From the NCBI GenBank assembly GCA_965203515.1, contig OZ241907.1, positions 3,936,001-4,000,000 of the forward strand: a DNA stretch of 64,000 nt, read 5' to 3'. The position numbers and the translations under genes were made by a program. This document shows, piece by piece, positions 7,812 to 17,051 of this stretch. The DNA is from Spirochaetia bacterium (GTDB lineage Bacteria; Spirochaetota; Spirochaetia; SZUA-6; Bin103). The stretch's first letter is position 1. Every line of letters begins with the position of its first letter. The notes under the pieces are model-generated. The model was not told where the DNA came from and did no database searches. It saw nothing but the letters and a program-made list of their open reading frames with translations.

Positions 7812-9064
7812 TCGTAGCGGATCGCCTCGGCCGCCGGCGCGCGCGCCGCCGCGGCGGCCGGCAGCAGACTGCAGGCGGCCACGATCGTCAACGACAGCCC
7901 CAAGCCGGCCAGGAGCGGGCCGGCAGCCGACACTTCGACGCCGATGCGGTACGAGACGTCGCTGGCCAGCAGCGCTGCCACTCCCAATCCGGCCGCGCCG
8001 CCGATCGCGGCGATCACCGCCGCCTCCACGGCGAAGACGGCGAACACGCCGCCGGCGGTCGCCCCCATCGCCTTGAGGATGCCGGCCGACCGCCGCTTGC
8101 GGAGCGCGCGGCCGGCAAAGATGTTCGCCAGGTACAGGGTGCTGACCGCCAGCAGCGATGCCGACAGGAACAGGACGGCGCGCACCACGCCGCGGAAGCG
8201 GCCGGCGATCAGCCGCGCCTCCGCCCCCGGATCGTTGACGTGCAGCAACCCGTCGCCGTAGGCCGCGTCGAAGTATCGGGTGAGCTGCTCGCGCGCCGCG
8301 TCCAGTGACCGGCGGTCCGCCACCGTGAAGCGCAGGCTGCTCCCGATAAAGCGAATCGACAGGCGGTGGTCAGTCACGCCGGGCGGGGTGAATGCCATGG
8401 CATCCGCGGAGGTGCCGCTCCGCGCCAGCACGCCGACGATGCGGTACGGCCGGTCGCCCGACCAGATCGTGCGGCCGACGGCTTCGCCGTCCTCGAACAA
8501 GGTGGCGCCCCGCCAAAAGCCCAGCACCATCACCGGCTCCCCGCCCTCCGCGTCGGCGTCCGTGAACAGGCTGCCGGCAGCCGGCGCCAAGCCCCGCGCG
8601 GCAAAGAACTCGGTGGTGACCTCCATGCCGTTCAGAGACGGGCGTTGCGGGCGAGGCCCGGCCGGCGGCCTGTCCAGCGGCCACCCCTTGTTTTCGGTGA
8701 GGTAAGCGTATTGGACGGCGGGGCTCACCGAACGCGCCCGGCGCAGGTCTTCGGCGGTAAGGACCACGTTGTTCGGCAGCGTGGGCCGCGCCGGCAACTT
8801 CATGTCCCTGGACTTGTTCCAGCGCTCGATCCCGTTGGAGACGACGATCTCGCGGTACTGAAGCGACGCCAGCAGCCGCTCGGAGATCGTCGCTCCCGCG
8901 CCCGCCAGCGTGACGCCGGCCGCGGTCGCGGCCACCGCCAGGGCGACGTTGACGATGAGCAACAGCGACTCGGCCGGCCGCCGCGTCAGCGATCGAACGC
9001 TCAGGCGCAGCCCTTCACGATGGATCACGAATCGATCCTCGGAGGGACGCGCGCCGGCTCCCAC
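7808..9064 (-). CDS. MacB/FtsX-family ABC transporter permease
   Basis: MacB-like periplasmic motif (AGSLFTDAD...YRIVGVL) and FtsX tail (RRSAGILKAMGAT...PAAEAIRYE). Start uncertain (9064 or 9028). Confidence 0.85.
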   Translation of the reverse strand: MGAGARPSEDRFVIHREGLRLSVRSLTRRPAESLLLIVNVALAVAATAAGVTLAGAGATISERLLASLQYREIVVSNGIERWNKSRDMKLPARPTLPNNVVLTAEDLRRARSVSPAVQYAYLTENKGWPLDRPPAGPRPQRPSLNGMEVTTEFFAARGLAPAAGSLFTDADAEGGEPVMVLGFWRGATLFEDGEAVGRTIWSGDRPYRIVGVLARSGTSADAMAFTPPGVTDHRLSIRFIGSSLRFTVADRRSLDAAREQLTRYFDAAYGDGLLHVNDPGAEARLIAGRFRGVVRAVLFLSASLLAVSTLYLANIFAGRALRKRRSAGILKAMGATAGGVFAVFAVEAAVIAAIGGAAGLGVAALLASDVSYRIGVEVSAAGPLLAGLGLSLTIVAACSLLPAAAAARAPAAEAIRYE

Positions 9065-9138
9065 GCGGGCCGCTCAGCGTGGATGCCGCTCATGTCCCCA
9101 TCGTGGGCCCGATCACGATGCGGGGTCAACGTTCCGGC

Positions 9139-9178
9139 TCTCAGCAATTTGGAAGCGCGAAATCAGGAAATGGCTGAT
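9139..9178 (+). promoter_or_regulatory. 40-bp regulatory motif, copy B
   Basis: TCTCAGCAATTTGGAAGCGCGAAATCAGGAAATGGCTGAT lies 58 nt upstream of ATG 9237. Confidence 0.7.
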
Positions 9179-9236
9179 ATGCAGGGCAGCTGCCGTCACG
9201 GTACCGGTATGTCAGGCGGTACCAGGGAGGAGAGCA

Positions 9237-9716
9237 ATGAAGATGATGATGCTGTTCGGCATGGCGGTTGCGCTGCAGATCGGCGGCGCGAGCGTGTACT
9301 GGATCGAGGAGCAGCATACCTATTATCCGCCGTGCCCGGTCGTCGATTCGGAACGGAAGGCGGTCTATGAGCAACGCACGTCGGAGCTCTTGGCGGACAT
9401 CGATCGACTGCCGGTATACCGGGACATGGAGCCCGGCAGGTCCTGGTGCGCTGAGGAGTGCGCATCGCGAGACGAAATATCCGTCATGTATGGCGAGGCT
9501 GTCAGCGATCCGAGCGAAGACTGCGCGGCGGTCCGCGGCACGCGCGAATGGCCGGCCGTGTCCTGGGTGGAGTACCATGTCCGGACGCTCACCGGGCAGC
9601 GTCCGTGGCCCTTCTGCGCTTGCGACTACGGGTGGACGGTGGTCGAGCGGGCATGCGCGACCCGGCTCACGACCGCATCGGAGACGGCCGGCGTGAGCGC
9701 CGCGGAGGCGTTCTGA
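9237..9716 (+). CDS. Hypothetical Cys-rich, probably exported protein (159 aa)
   Basis: GGAGGAG SD before the ATG, a hydrophobic N-terminus (MKMMMLFGMAVALQIGGASV) and 7 Cys. Confidence 0.6.
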   Translation: MKMMMLFGMAVALQIGGASVYWIEEQHTYYPPCPVVDSERKAVYEQRTSELLADIDRLPVYRDMEPGRSWCAEECASRDEISVMYGEAVSDPSEDCAAVRGTREWPAVSWVEYHVRTLTGQRPWPFCACDYGWTVVERACATRLTTASETAGVSAAEAF

Positions 9717-9735
9717 GGTGCCGCTGCCAACGCGC

Positions 9736-10476
9736 TCACCCCGGCCGGCCCGCTTGAGCGGCGGGCAGCCGCATGGTGAACCGGCTGCCCGCGCCGATGG
9801 TGGAGCGGACCAGGAGTTGCCCGCCCAGGTCGCGCAGGCGTTCGCGGATGCTGAACAGCCCGAAGCCGGCTGCCTCCGCGTGCGAAAGCGCCTGCGCCGC
9901 GTCGAAGCCCTGACCGTCGTCCAGCACCTCGATCTCGTAGGCGCCGGCGCGCATCCGCGCCGTGACCGCCGCCGACCGCGCGCCGGCGTGCTTGACCACG
10001 TTGCGCAACAGCTCGCGCACCGACCGGTAGCACAGGATGCGCTCCGCCTCCGTCATGCCGGCCGGCTCCGGCGGGCCGGAGAAGCTCATCTGCACGCCGG
10101 AGTCCGCGTTCCGCTGCTCGACCAGCCACTCCAGCGCGGCGTGCAGGCCGAGCTCGTGCAGCACCGGCGGCGCCAGCGCAAAGGTGAGCGTGCGCGCCGC
10201 GCCGATGCAGCGGTCCAGGATGCGCGTCAACTCCGTCACGCGCGGGTCGGCGGGATGCGCGGCGCCCAGCTCGGCCGCCTTGATCCGCGCCAGGCTCAGC
10301 TCGTCGCCCAGGCCGTCGTGGACGTCGTTGGCGATCCTGCGGCGCTCCCGCTCCTCGGCCAGCACCAGTTCCGAGGCGAGGCGCCGCAGCCGGTCGAGGT
10401 ACTCGGCCGTCCGCCGCTGATCGCTGCGCTGCGCGCCGGTCGTCGAACGTTGCCGGGCCGGATGCATGCCGGCCAT
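9736..10476 (-). CDS. Histidine kinase (HisKA_3 + HATPase_c) with no evident sensor domain
   Basis: ERERRRIANDVHDGLGDEL H-box, ELLRNVVKHA N-box, DDGQGF and GFGL motifs. Confidence 0.9.
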   Translation of the reverse strand: MAGMHPARQRSTTGAQRSDQRRTAEYLDRLRRLASELVLAEERERRRIANDVHDGLGDELSLARIKAAELGAAHPADPRVTELTRILDRCIGAARTLTFALAPPVLHELGLHAALEWLVEQRNADSGVQMSFSGPPEPAGMTEAERILCYRSVRELLRNVVKHAGARSAAVTARMRAGAYEIEVLDDGQGFDAAQALSHAEAAGFGLFSIRERLRDLGGQLLVRSTIGAGSRFTMRLPAAQAGRPG

Positions 10477-10596
10477 CGTGCGGCGGCCAGGCCGTCCTCG
10501 GCAATCGCGCAGGGCGATCTCGGCCTCCGGCCGATGCCGCGGCGCCTTGCAATCGCTACAATGACTTCAGGATCGATGCAGGAGGGAGGAAACGCC

Positions 10597-10902
10597 ATGA
10601 ATCTCGACATCCGGGGCGTGCACATGCCGGTGGCCGACGATACCCGACAGTACCTGGAGAAGAAGCTGATGCACCGGCTCCGTCACCTGAGCGACCGGAT
10701 CGTCGACCTGCGCGTCACGCTCACCGCCGACCACGGCTCGGTCCTGTTCGGGGCCAACCTGCACCTGCGCTGGGGGAGCGACCTGCACGTGGAGACCAAG
10801 GCGTACGACGAGCACGAAGGGGTCGATCTGCTCATCGACAAGCTGGAGTCCGCGGCCACCAGGGACAAGGTGCGGATTCAGGAAAAACGGCCCAAGAGGT
10901 AG
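10597..10902 (+). CDS. hpf: Ribosome hibernation promoting factor (HPF/RaiA family)
   Basis: MNLDIRGVHMPV...YLEKKL...VDLLIDKLE, with a strong GGAGG SD and TACAAT at 10557-10562. Confidence 0.85.
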   Translation: MNLDIRGVHMPVADDTRQYLEKKLMHRLRHLSDRIVDLRVTLTADHGSVLFGANLHLRWGSDLHVETKAYDEHEGVDLLIDKLESAATRDKVRIQEKRPKR

Positions 10903-10907
10903 ATGCG

Positions 10908-11651
10908 ATGGGTGTCATCACGATTTCCCGGCAATACGGGTCCGGCGCCGCCGACATCGTCGAGCACGTGGCCGAGGAGCTCCGCTACGACGTGGTCGAC
11001 AAGCAGCTCATCAGCGAGGTGGCGCGCGCCACCGGCGTGCCCGAGGACCGCGTGAGCGAGGTCGACGAGCAGGACGAGACCGGTCTGCGCGGCATCCTGG
11101 AACGCTGGTTCGAGGCGGCGGCCGCCACCGGCGCCTATCGAGCGTCGGGGTTCGGGGACGCGGCGATCCCGCCGGGCGCGCTCATCGACGAGCTGGGCGA
11201 GACCACGCACGTGCTCGACCGCGAGGTCTACCACGAGGTCGTCCGCCAGACGATCACGAAGCTGGCCGAGCGGGGCGACGTCGTCATCGTCGGGCGCGGC
11301 GGCATGATGGTCCTGCGAGACGTGCCGGGCGTTCTGCGCGTGCGGATCACCGCCTCCGAACAGTCGCGCGCGGAACGGGTCGGGGCGCTGGAGGGACTGC
11401 CCGCCCGCGAGGCGCTGCAGTTGGTGCTCGACAGCGATCGGCGGCGGGCGGCGTTCATCGCCCGCAACTACCACGCGGACTGGAACGACGCCTCCCTGTA
11501 TCACCTGGTGATCAACACGGAGATCGTGCCGGCCACGACCGCGGCCAAGGTGGTAGCGGCTGCCGCCCGGGATCTGGCCAAGCCGCAGGCGGGCGCGGCG
11601 CGCATCCGCAAGCGCTGGTTCCGGCGCAGGTCGGCCCGCGCCGGGGGCTGA
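10908..11651 (+). CDS. Cytidylate kinase-like family protein
   Basis: VITISRQYGSG, VVIVGRGG, DRRRAAF and YHLVINT motifs. Confidence 0.85.
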   Translation: MGVITISRQYGSGAADIVEHVAEELRYDVVDKQLISEVARATGVPEDRVSEVDEQDETGLRGILERWFEAAAATGAYRASGFGDAAIPPGALIDELGETTHVLDREVYHEVVRQTITKLAERGDVVIVGRGGMMVLRDVPGVLRVRITASEQSRAERVGALEGLPAREALQLVLDSDRRRAAFIARNYHADWNDASLYHLVINTEIVPATTAAKVVAAAARDLAKPQAGAARIRKRWFRRRSARAGG

Positions 11652-11668
11652 AACGGCGTCCGGCGGCC

Positions 11669-11713
11669 GTCAGGCGACCATGCGGTCAGGCGACCATAGC
11701 GGTCAGGCGACCA
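11669..11713. repeat. Three copies of GTCAGGCGACCA, each carrying the stop codon of the dehydrogenase gene
   Basis: Copies at 11669, 11685 and 11702. Confidence 0.85.
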
Positions 11714-12710
11714 GGTTGCGCGGCGCGCCGGACAGGAAGGCGCGGATGTTCTCCGCAGTGCGGGTGATCAGGTTCTGGCGCGCTTCCCGCGTCGACCACG
11801 CCGAGTGCGGCGTGATCAGCGCGTTGCGCGCGGTGAGCAGCGGGTTGCCGCCCCGCGGCGGCTCGCCGGTGAGCACGTCGAAGCCGGCGCCGGCCAGCCG
11901 TCCCCGGTTCAACGCCTCCGCCAGCGCCTGCTCGTCGACGATGCCGCCGCGCGCGGTGTTGATCAGCAGCGCCGAGCGCTTCATCAGCGTGATCGCGTCG
12001 GCATCGATCAGGTTGCGGGTCGCATCGTTCAGGGGCGTGTGCACGGTGACGACGTCCGAAGCGCGCAGCAACTCGTCGATCGGCGTGTTGGGCAGGGCGC
12101 CGTCGGGAATGCCCAGCGCGTCGTGGGCGATCACCCGCATGCCGAACCCGCAGGCGATGCGCGCCACCCCGCGCCCGATCGCGCCGAAGCCGATGATGCC
12201 GATCGTCTTGCCGTGCAGCTCGAAGGTCGGATAGCGCAGCAGCGTGAAGCCGTCCGCCGCCGCCCAGTCGCCGGCCCGGACGTCGGCGGCGTACCGGTGC
12301 GCCTGCGTCGCCAGGTTGAGGATCAGCGCGAAGGCGTGCTGCGGAACGGTGTGCTCGGCGTAACCGGGCACGTTGCAGACGGCGACGCCGCGCGCGGCGG
12401 CCGCCCGCACGTCGACGTTGTCGTAGCCGGTGGCCGCCGCCGCCACCAGCCGCAGGCCGCGGCCGGCCTCGATCGCGGCGGCGGTCACCTTGGCCTTGTT
12501 GGTGATCAGGACGTGGGCGCCGCGGCCCCGCTCCACCGCCTCTTCCGGAGTCGAGTCGGCATAGCGCGCATAGTCGCCCTGAGCGGCGATGCCGCTGAAG
12601 TCGACGTCGCCGTCGAGCGAGTACATCGCGTCGTCCAGGAAGACGATGCGGACCGGATGAGCGCCGACCGGATGAGCGGCGACCGGGTGAGCGGCGACCG
12701 GATCAGCCAC
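11703..12710 (-). CDS. D-2-hydroxyacid dehydrogenase (glycerate dehydrogenase/hydroxypyruvate reductase-like)
   Basis: ATGYDNVD, GIIGFGAIG, INTARGG, DVLTGEPP and ITPHSAW motifs. Confidence 0.9.
   Translation of the reverse strand: MADPVAAHPVAAHPVGAHPVRIVFLDDAMYSLDGDVDFSGIAAQGDYARYADSTPEEAVERGRGAHVLITNKAKVTAAAIEAGRGLRLVAAAATGYDNVDVRAAAARGVAVCNVPGYAEHTVPQHAFALILNLATQAHRYAADVRAGDWAAADGFTLLRYPTFELHGKTIGIIGFGAIGRGVARIACGFGMRVIAHDALGIPDGALPNTPIDELLRASDVVTVHTPLNDATRNLIDADAITLMKRSALLINTARGGIVDEQALAEALNRGRLAGAGFDVLTGEPPRGGNPLLTARNALITPHSAWSTREARQNLITRTAENIRAFLSGAPRNLVA
12651..12710. repeat. 15-bp tandem repeat x4 (PVAAH) at a gene junction
   Basis: GACCGGATGAGCG(C/G)C-like units at 12651, 12666, 12681 and 12696. 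Confidence 0.85.
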
Positions 12711-13695
12711 CGGCGGCCGCCGCCCGGCCGCGGCCGAGCGCCTCCGGGTTGACCACCACGCGGGGCGGCCGTTCGCCGTTCAGGACCGCCGCCATCCCCT
12801 GCGCCATCATCTCCGCCATGCGGTCCATGGCGCCGCGGGTCATCGCCATGGCGTGCGGCGCGGTCAGCACGGCCGGATGCCGGAAGATCGGGTGATCGAA
12901 GTCGGGCGGCTCCGGGTCGAAGACGTCGAGCGCCGCGCCGGCCAGCGGGCCGTCCTCAATCCCGGCCAGCACGGCGTCCAGGCTCTCCACCACGCCGCCG
13001 CGCGCCAGGTTGATCAGGAACGAGCCCGGTTTCATGGCCGTGATCCGGCCGCGGTCGATCATGCCGCGCGTCTGATCGGTGAGCGCCGTGTGCAGGCACA
13101 CGGTGTCGGAGCGCCCGAGCAGCGCGTCGAGCTCCACCAGCTCGACGCCCAGCCCCCGGGCCGCCGCCGCGTCGGCGTACGGGTCGTGCGCCAGCAGCGT
13201 GACCCCGAACGGACCGAGCAGCCGGGCGAGCGCCTGGCCGATGTTGCCGAAGCCGACGATGCCGACGGTGAGCCCGGCGATGTCGCGAGCCGCAAACCGC
13301 TCCCGCGACGCCCAGTTGCGCTCCTTCATCTGCCGGTCCCAGTAGGCGATCCGCTTGTTGAGCGCCAGCAGATAGGCGACCGACGCCTCGGCCACCGTGG
13401 CCGCGTTGGCGCCGGGCGTGGTGATCACCGCCACCCCGCACTCGGTGGCGGCGTCCACGTCGACCGAGTCGTAGCCGACCCCGGTGCGGCCGATGACGCG
13501 CAGCCCGCGCGCGTCCCGTATCAGGCCGCCCGGCGCGCCGCACGACCCGCGCAGGATGATGCCGATCACCTCGTCGTCGATCGACGCCTCCAGCGCCGCC
13601 TGCGAGTTGTCGGCGGTGAGTTCGATCGGTCCGTGCGGCGCCAGGGTCCGGTGGGTCACCTCCGGAACCGCCGCGGTGGCGATGAACCGCGCCAT
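12703..13695 (-). CDS. D-2-hydroxyacid dehydrogenase (phosphoglycerate dehydrogenase-like)
   Basis: GVGYDSVD, GIVGFGNIG, INLARGG, DVFDPEPP and TAPH motifs. Confidence 0.9.
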   Translation of the reverse strand: MARFIATAAVPEVTHRTLAPHGPIELTADNSQAALEASIDDEVIGIILRGSCGAPGGLIRDARGLRVIGRTGVGYDSVDVDAATECGVAVITTPGANAATVAEASVAYLLALNKRIAYWDRQMKERNWASRERFAARDIAGLTVGIVGFGNIGQALARLLGPFGVTLLAHDPYADAAAARGLGVELVELDALLGRSDTVCLHTALTDQTRGMIDRGRITAMKPGSFLINLARGGVVESLDAVLAGIEDGPLAGAALDVFDPEPPDFDHPIFRHPAVLTAPHAMAMTRGAMDRMAEMMAQGMAAVLNGERPPRVVVNPEALGRGRAAAAGG

Positions 13696-13697
13696 CG

Positions 13698-14474
13698 CTA
13701 CCGGCCTCCGCGGTTCCGGTACGGAGCCAGAGCGGCCAGCGCCGCCTGCGCGCCGCTCGCCACGTAGGCCCCGTCGGAACCGATCGCGATGACGGTGTAG
13801 CCGCGCTCGACGGCGGCGGGGACCTGGTCGGGCGTCTGCAGCAGGATGCCGGCCGCCTTGCCCGCCGCCCGGGCGCCGCCGGCGACCCGTTCCAGCGCGT
13901 CGATGAAGTCGGGATGGTCGAACTGCTGCGGCAGCCCCATGCTGAAGCTCAGGTCGTTGGGGCCCACGAACAGCACGTCGGCGCCGTCGACCGCCGCGAT
14001 CTCGCGCGCGGCGTCGACGCCGTCGGCGGTCTCGATCTGCAGGACCGTGAGCAACCCGGCGTCGGAACCGGCGCGGTACTCCGCGAACTGCGCCCCGAAC
14101 CGCGCGGCGCGCACCGAAGAGGCCACGCCGCGCACGCCCGCCGGCGGATAGCGCATCGCCGCGACCGCCGCTGCCGCCTCTTCCGGCGTGCGGACGTAGG
14201 GCACCATGATCCCGTCCGCGCCGGCGTCCAGGGCGCGCTTGAAGCGCGGCGGCTCGTTCCAGGCAACGCGCACCAGCGCCGCGGCCGGCGTGCCGGCGGC
14301 GACCTGGAGCTGACGGTACAGCGTCTCCAGGTCACCGGCGCCGTGCTCGAGGTCGAGCAGCAGGAAGTCGAACCCGGCGTGACCGGCGATCTCCACGGAG
14401 ACCGTCGACCCCATGTTGCAGAAGCAGCCGGTGAGCACCTCGCCGGCCATCACCCGGTCCTGAATGAATCGCAT
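13698..14474 (-). CDS. HpcH/HpaI (GarL/RhmA-like) class II aldolase
   Basis: DLEHG, RYPPAGVRG, QIET and FVGPNDLS motifs. Confidence 0.92.
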   Translation of the reverse strand: MRFIQDRVMAGEVLTGCFCNMGSTVSVEIAGHAGFDFLLLDLEHGAGDLETLYRQLQVAAGTPAAALVRVAWNEPPRFKRALDAGADGIMVPYVRTPEEAAAAVAAMRYPPAGVRGVASSVRAARFGAQFAEYRAGSDAGLLTVLQIETADGVDAAREIAAVDGADVLFVGPNDLSFSMGLPQQFDHPDFIDALERVAGGARAAGKAAGILLQTPDQVPAAVERGYTVIAIGSDGAYVASGAQAALAALAPYRNRGGR

Positions 14475-14493
14475 GACCGCGATCTTACCGGAA

Positions 14494-15453
14494 TCATCGA
14501 GGGCGATCAGGAGCCGCCCGCGCCGGCCGGTTGACCACGGCGATGCCCACGGCGACCAGCAGGCCGCCGGCGATCAGCGGCAGACCCAGCGGCTCGCCGA
14601 CCAGCAGGCGGCTGCCGGCAAGGCCGGCCAGCGGCTGCAGAAAGAACAGCACCGACAGCCGGCTCGGGCTGTAGCGCTGCAGCATGGAGAACCAGGACAG
14701 GAAGCAGAAGCCGGCCACCACCAACCCCACGTAGGCCAGCGCCGCCGCCGAGCGCGCGCTCAGCGGCGCGGCGAACGGCTCTTCGAAGATCAGCGCCAGC
14801 GCCGCGTACGGCGGCAGGCTCAGCGTCAACATCCAGAACAGCAGCCGCAACGCGTCGGTCCGCCCGAACAGCCGCTTGGAGATCACCGTGCGCAGCGCCA
14901 GCCCGATCGAGCTGCAAAGCAGCACCAGGTCGCCGAGCGCGGTGGCGCCGGTGGTGACGTCGCGCCCGATGAAGGTCACCGCCACCCCGCCGAAGGCGAC
15001 CAGGATGCCGGCGATCACCGGGGTCGTGAGGCGGTCGCCCGGCACCAGCAGGTGGGCGAACAGCGCGGTGAAGAACGGAAACGCGCTCATGACGATCGTG
15101 GAGTGGGCGGCCGAGGTGTGATCGGTGCCGACGGTGAGCGCGATCGTCTGCGCGGTGAAGAGCGCCGACAGCGCCGCGATCCGGCCGAACTGCGACCGCG
15201 GCACCGACAGCGGGTGACCGCGCAACGCCGCCCAGCCGCCGACCAGCGCCCAGCCGAGCGCGAAGCGCGCGGTCGACAGGGTGATCGGCGGCAGCGACTC
15301 CAGGCCGATCTTCAGGCCGACCGAGTTGCCGCCCCACAGCAGCGCCAGCGCGGCCACGAAGGCCAGCGCGCCGGCCGGCGGATGCTCGACCTGCGATGGC
15401 GGCGCGGCCGGCGGCGGCCTATGATGCGGCGCGGAGGCAGCACGGTGGCTCAC
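14494..15453 (-). CDS. DMT/EamA family transporter
   Basis: About 10 TM helices (LALLWGG...RFALG...PFFTALFAHLL). Start uncertain: the nearest in-frame GTG (15453) overlaps the start of the divergent gene. Confidence 0.8.
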   Translation of the reverse strand: MSHRAASAPHHRPPPAAPPSQVEHPPAGALAFVAALALLWGGNSVGLKIGLESLPPITLSTARFALGWALVGGWAALRGHPLSVPRSQFGRIAALSALFTAQTIALTVGTDHTSAAHSTIVMSAFPFFTALFAHLLVPGDRLTTPVIAGILVAFGGVAVTFIGRDVTTGATALGDLVLLCSSIGLALRTVISKRLFGRTDALRLLFWMLTLSLPPYAALALIFEEPFAAPLSARSAAALAYVGLVVAGFCFLSWFSMLQRYSPSRLSVLFFLQPLAGLAGSRLLVGEPLGLPLIAGGLLVAVGIAVVNRPARAAPDRPR

Positions 15454-16632
15454 GAGCGCAGCACGGACCCGATCATCGCGACGCTTCAGGAGGTGGTGGC
15501 GATCCCGAGCGTCAACCCGGACCTGCCCGGCGGCGCGGCCGGAGAGCGCGGCATGGCCGACTACCTGACCCGGTTCTTCGCCGATGCCGGGATCGCGTGC
15601 GAGCAGTGGGACGCGCTGCCGGGCCGCCCCAACGTCGTCGCCACGCTGCCGGGCCGTGATCCCGGCCGGGCCGTCCTGTTCGAGTGCCACATGGATACCG
15701 CCACGGCAGAGGGCATGACGATAGAGCCGTTCCGACCGGTCGTAAAGGACGGCAAGGTGTTCGGCCGCGGGTCGAGCGACACCAAGGCCGGCGGGGTGGC
15801 GATGCTGCACGCAATGCTGCGCATCGCCCGCTCCGGCCAGCCGCCGCCGATCAGCGTGATGTACGCGGGCGTGGTCGACGAGGAGTTCCGCATGCGGGGG
15901 GCTGCCGCGCTGGCCGACGCGCTGCCGGCGTGCGGTACGCGGATCGCGGCGGCGGTGGTCGCCGAGCCGACCGGGCTGCGCGTCATCCGCGCGCACAAGG
16001 GCATCGTCCGGGCGGTGGTGGAGGTGCGCGGCACGGCCGCGCACAGCTCCAAGCCGCACCTGGGCGCCAACGCGATCGGCGCCGCCGCCCGGTCGATCGC
16101 CGCGTTCGACGACGAGGTCGCCGGCGCCTTCGCCGCGCGGGACGATGGCGTAACCGGCGCGCCGACCCACAACGTCGGCACCATTCGGGGAGGGCTGCAG
16201 GTCAACTTCGTGCCGGCTCACTGCCGGTTCGAGATCGACCGCCGGGTGCTGCCGAGCGAGGACTTCGGCGCCGTGCTGGAGCCGTACCGGCGCATCGCCG
16301 CGCGGATCGCCGGCGAGCAGGCCGGGATCGCCATCGACGTCCGGCAAGACCTGTCGATCGAACCGATGGAGACGCCGGCCGGCGCCCCGATCGTCTCCTG
16401 CGCCGCGGCGGCGGTGCGGGCGGTGACCGGCGGCGCGTCCGTCGACGGCGAACCGTACGGCACCGACGCCGCCAAGCTCAGCGCCGTCGGCATCCCCGCC
16501 ATCGTGCTCGGCCCCGGCAGCATCGATCAGGCGCACGCCGCCGTCGAATGGGTCGACTGCGCCCAGGTGCTGCAAGCGGTCGAGGTCTACCACCGCATCA
16601 TGCTCGACGCCGCCGCCTACGCCGACGTATGA
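15445..16632 (+). CDS. M20 family (ArgE/DapE-like) deacylase
   Basis: HMDT, GRGSSDTKAG, DEE, AEPT, AHSS and GPGSIDQAH motifs. GGAGG SD before GTG 15445. Confidence 0.9.
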   Translation: MAHERSTDPIIATLQEVVAIPSVNPDLPGGAAGERGMADYLTRFFADAGIACEQWDALPGRPNVVATLPGRDPGRAVLFECHMDTATAEGMTIEPFRPVVKDGKVFGRGSSDTKAGGVAMLHAMLRIARSGQPPPISVMYAGVVDEEFRMRGAAALADALPACGTRIAAAVVAEPTGLRVIRAHKGIVRAVVEVRGTAAHSSKPHLGANAIGAAARSIAAFDDEVAGAFAARDDGVTGAPTHNVGTIRGGLQVNFVPAHCRFEIDRRVLPSEDFGAVLEPYRRIAARIAGEQAGIAIDVRQDLSIEPMETPAGAPIVSCAAAAVRAVTGGASVDGEPYGTDAAKLSAVGIPAIVLGPGSIDQAHAAVEWVDCAQVLQAVEVYHRIMLDAAAYADV

Positions 16633-17051
16633 ATCGCCGGTACCCTGCTGCGATGCCCGCCCGTCCGATACCGCACCAACGGCCCAATCCCAAGGGACGT
16701 AAGGTCTTGCCGCCACCGTCTGACGTATCCCTTGAGGAGGTCGCTCGCCGGTGCCGGTATGTCGGCAGCCCGTACCACAGAACCATGCCCGGCCGCGGCG
16801 GCCGACCGGTGTACCATCCCGGTAAATTGAAGTGTCCGGAAGAACTCCAACAGGCTCCCGATCGCGTCCAGAGCTGGCTTGAAGAAGCCGTCCGCCAAGG
16901 ATGCTGTGGCCACTTCGAGCGTGGGTTCCCGCGTCGCGTCTGGCGCCGCGTCGGAGACACGGTATTCGAGGCACGACAGGAAACGCCCGGCTCCGGGCGA
17001 TACCACGGATATCCGCTGCAGCCCGATCAGACGGTCGAGGGTATGGAGTGA
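16629..17051 (+). CDS. Small basic hypothetical protein with C-terminal YHGYP motif (toxin-like)
   Basis: Starts at ATG 16629 (ATGA overlap) or ATG 16653. Contains RYVGSPYH, FPRRVW and GRYHGYP. TGATG coupling to the next gene. Confidence 0.7.
   Translation: MNRRYPAAMPARPIPHQRPNPKGRKVLPPPSDVSLEEVARRCRYVGSPYHRTMPGRGGRPVYHPGKLKCPEELQQAPDRVQSWLEEAVRQGCCGHFERGFPRRVWRRVGDTVFEARQETPGSGRYHGYPLQPDQTVEGME

Noticed and set aside
4899..9716. Integron cassette array
   Set aside because: No attC-like R/L boxes or IntI were seen. The 40-bp motifs lie upstream of genes and in opposite orientations.
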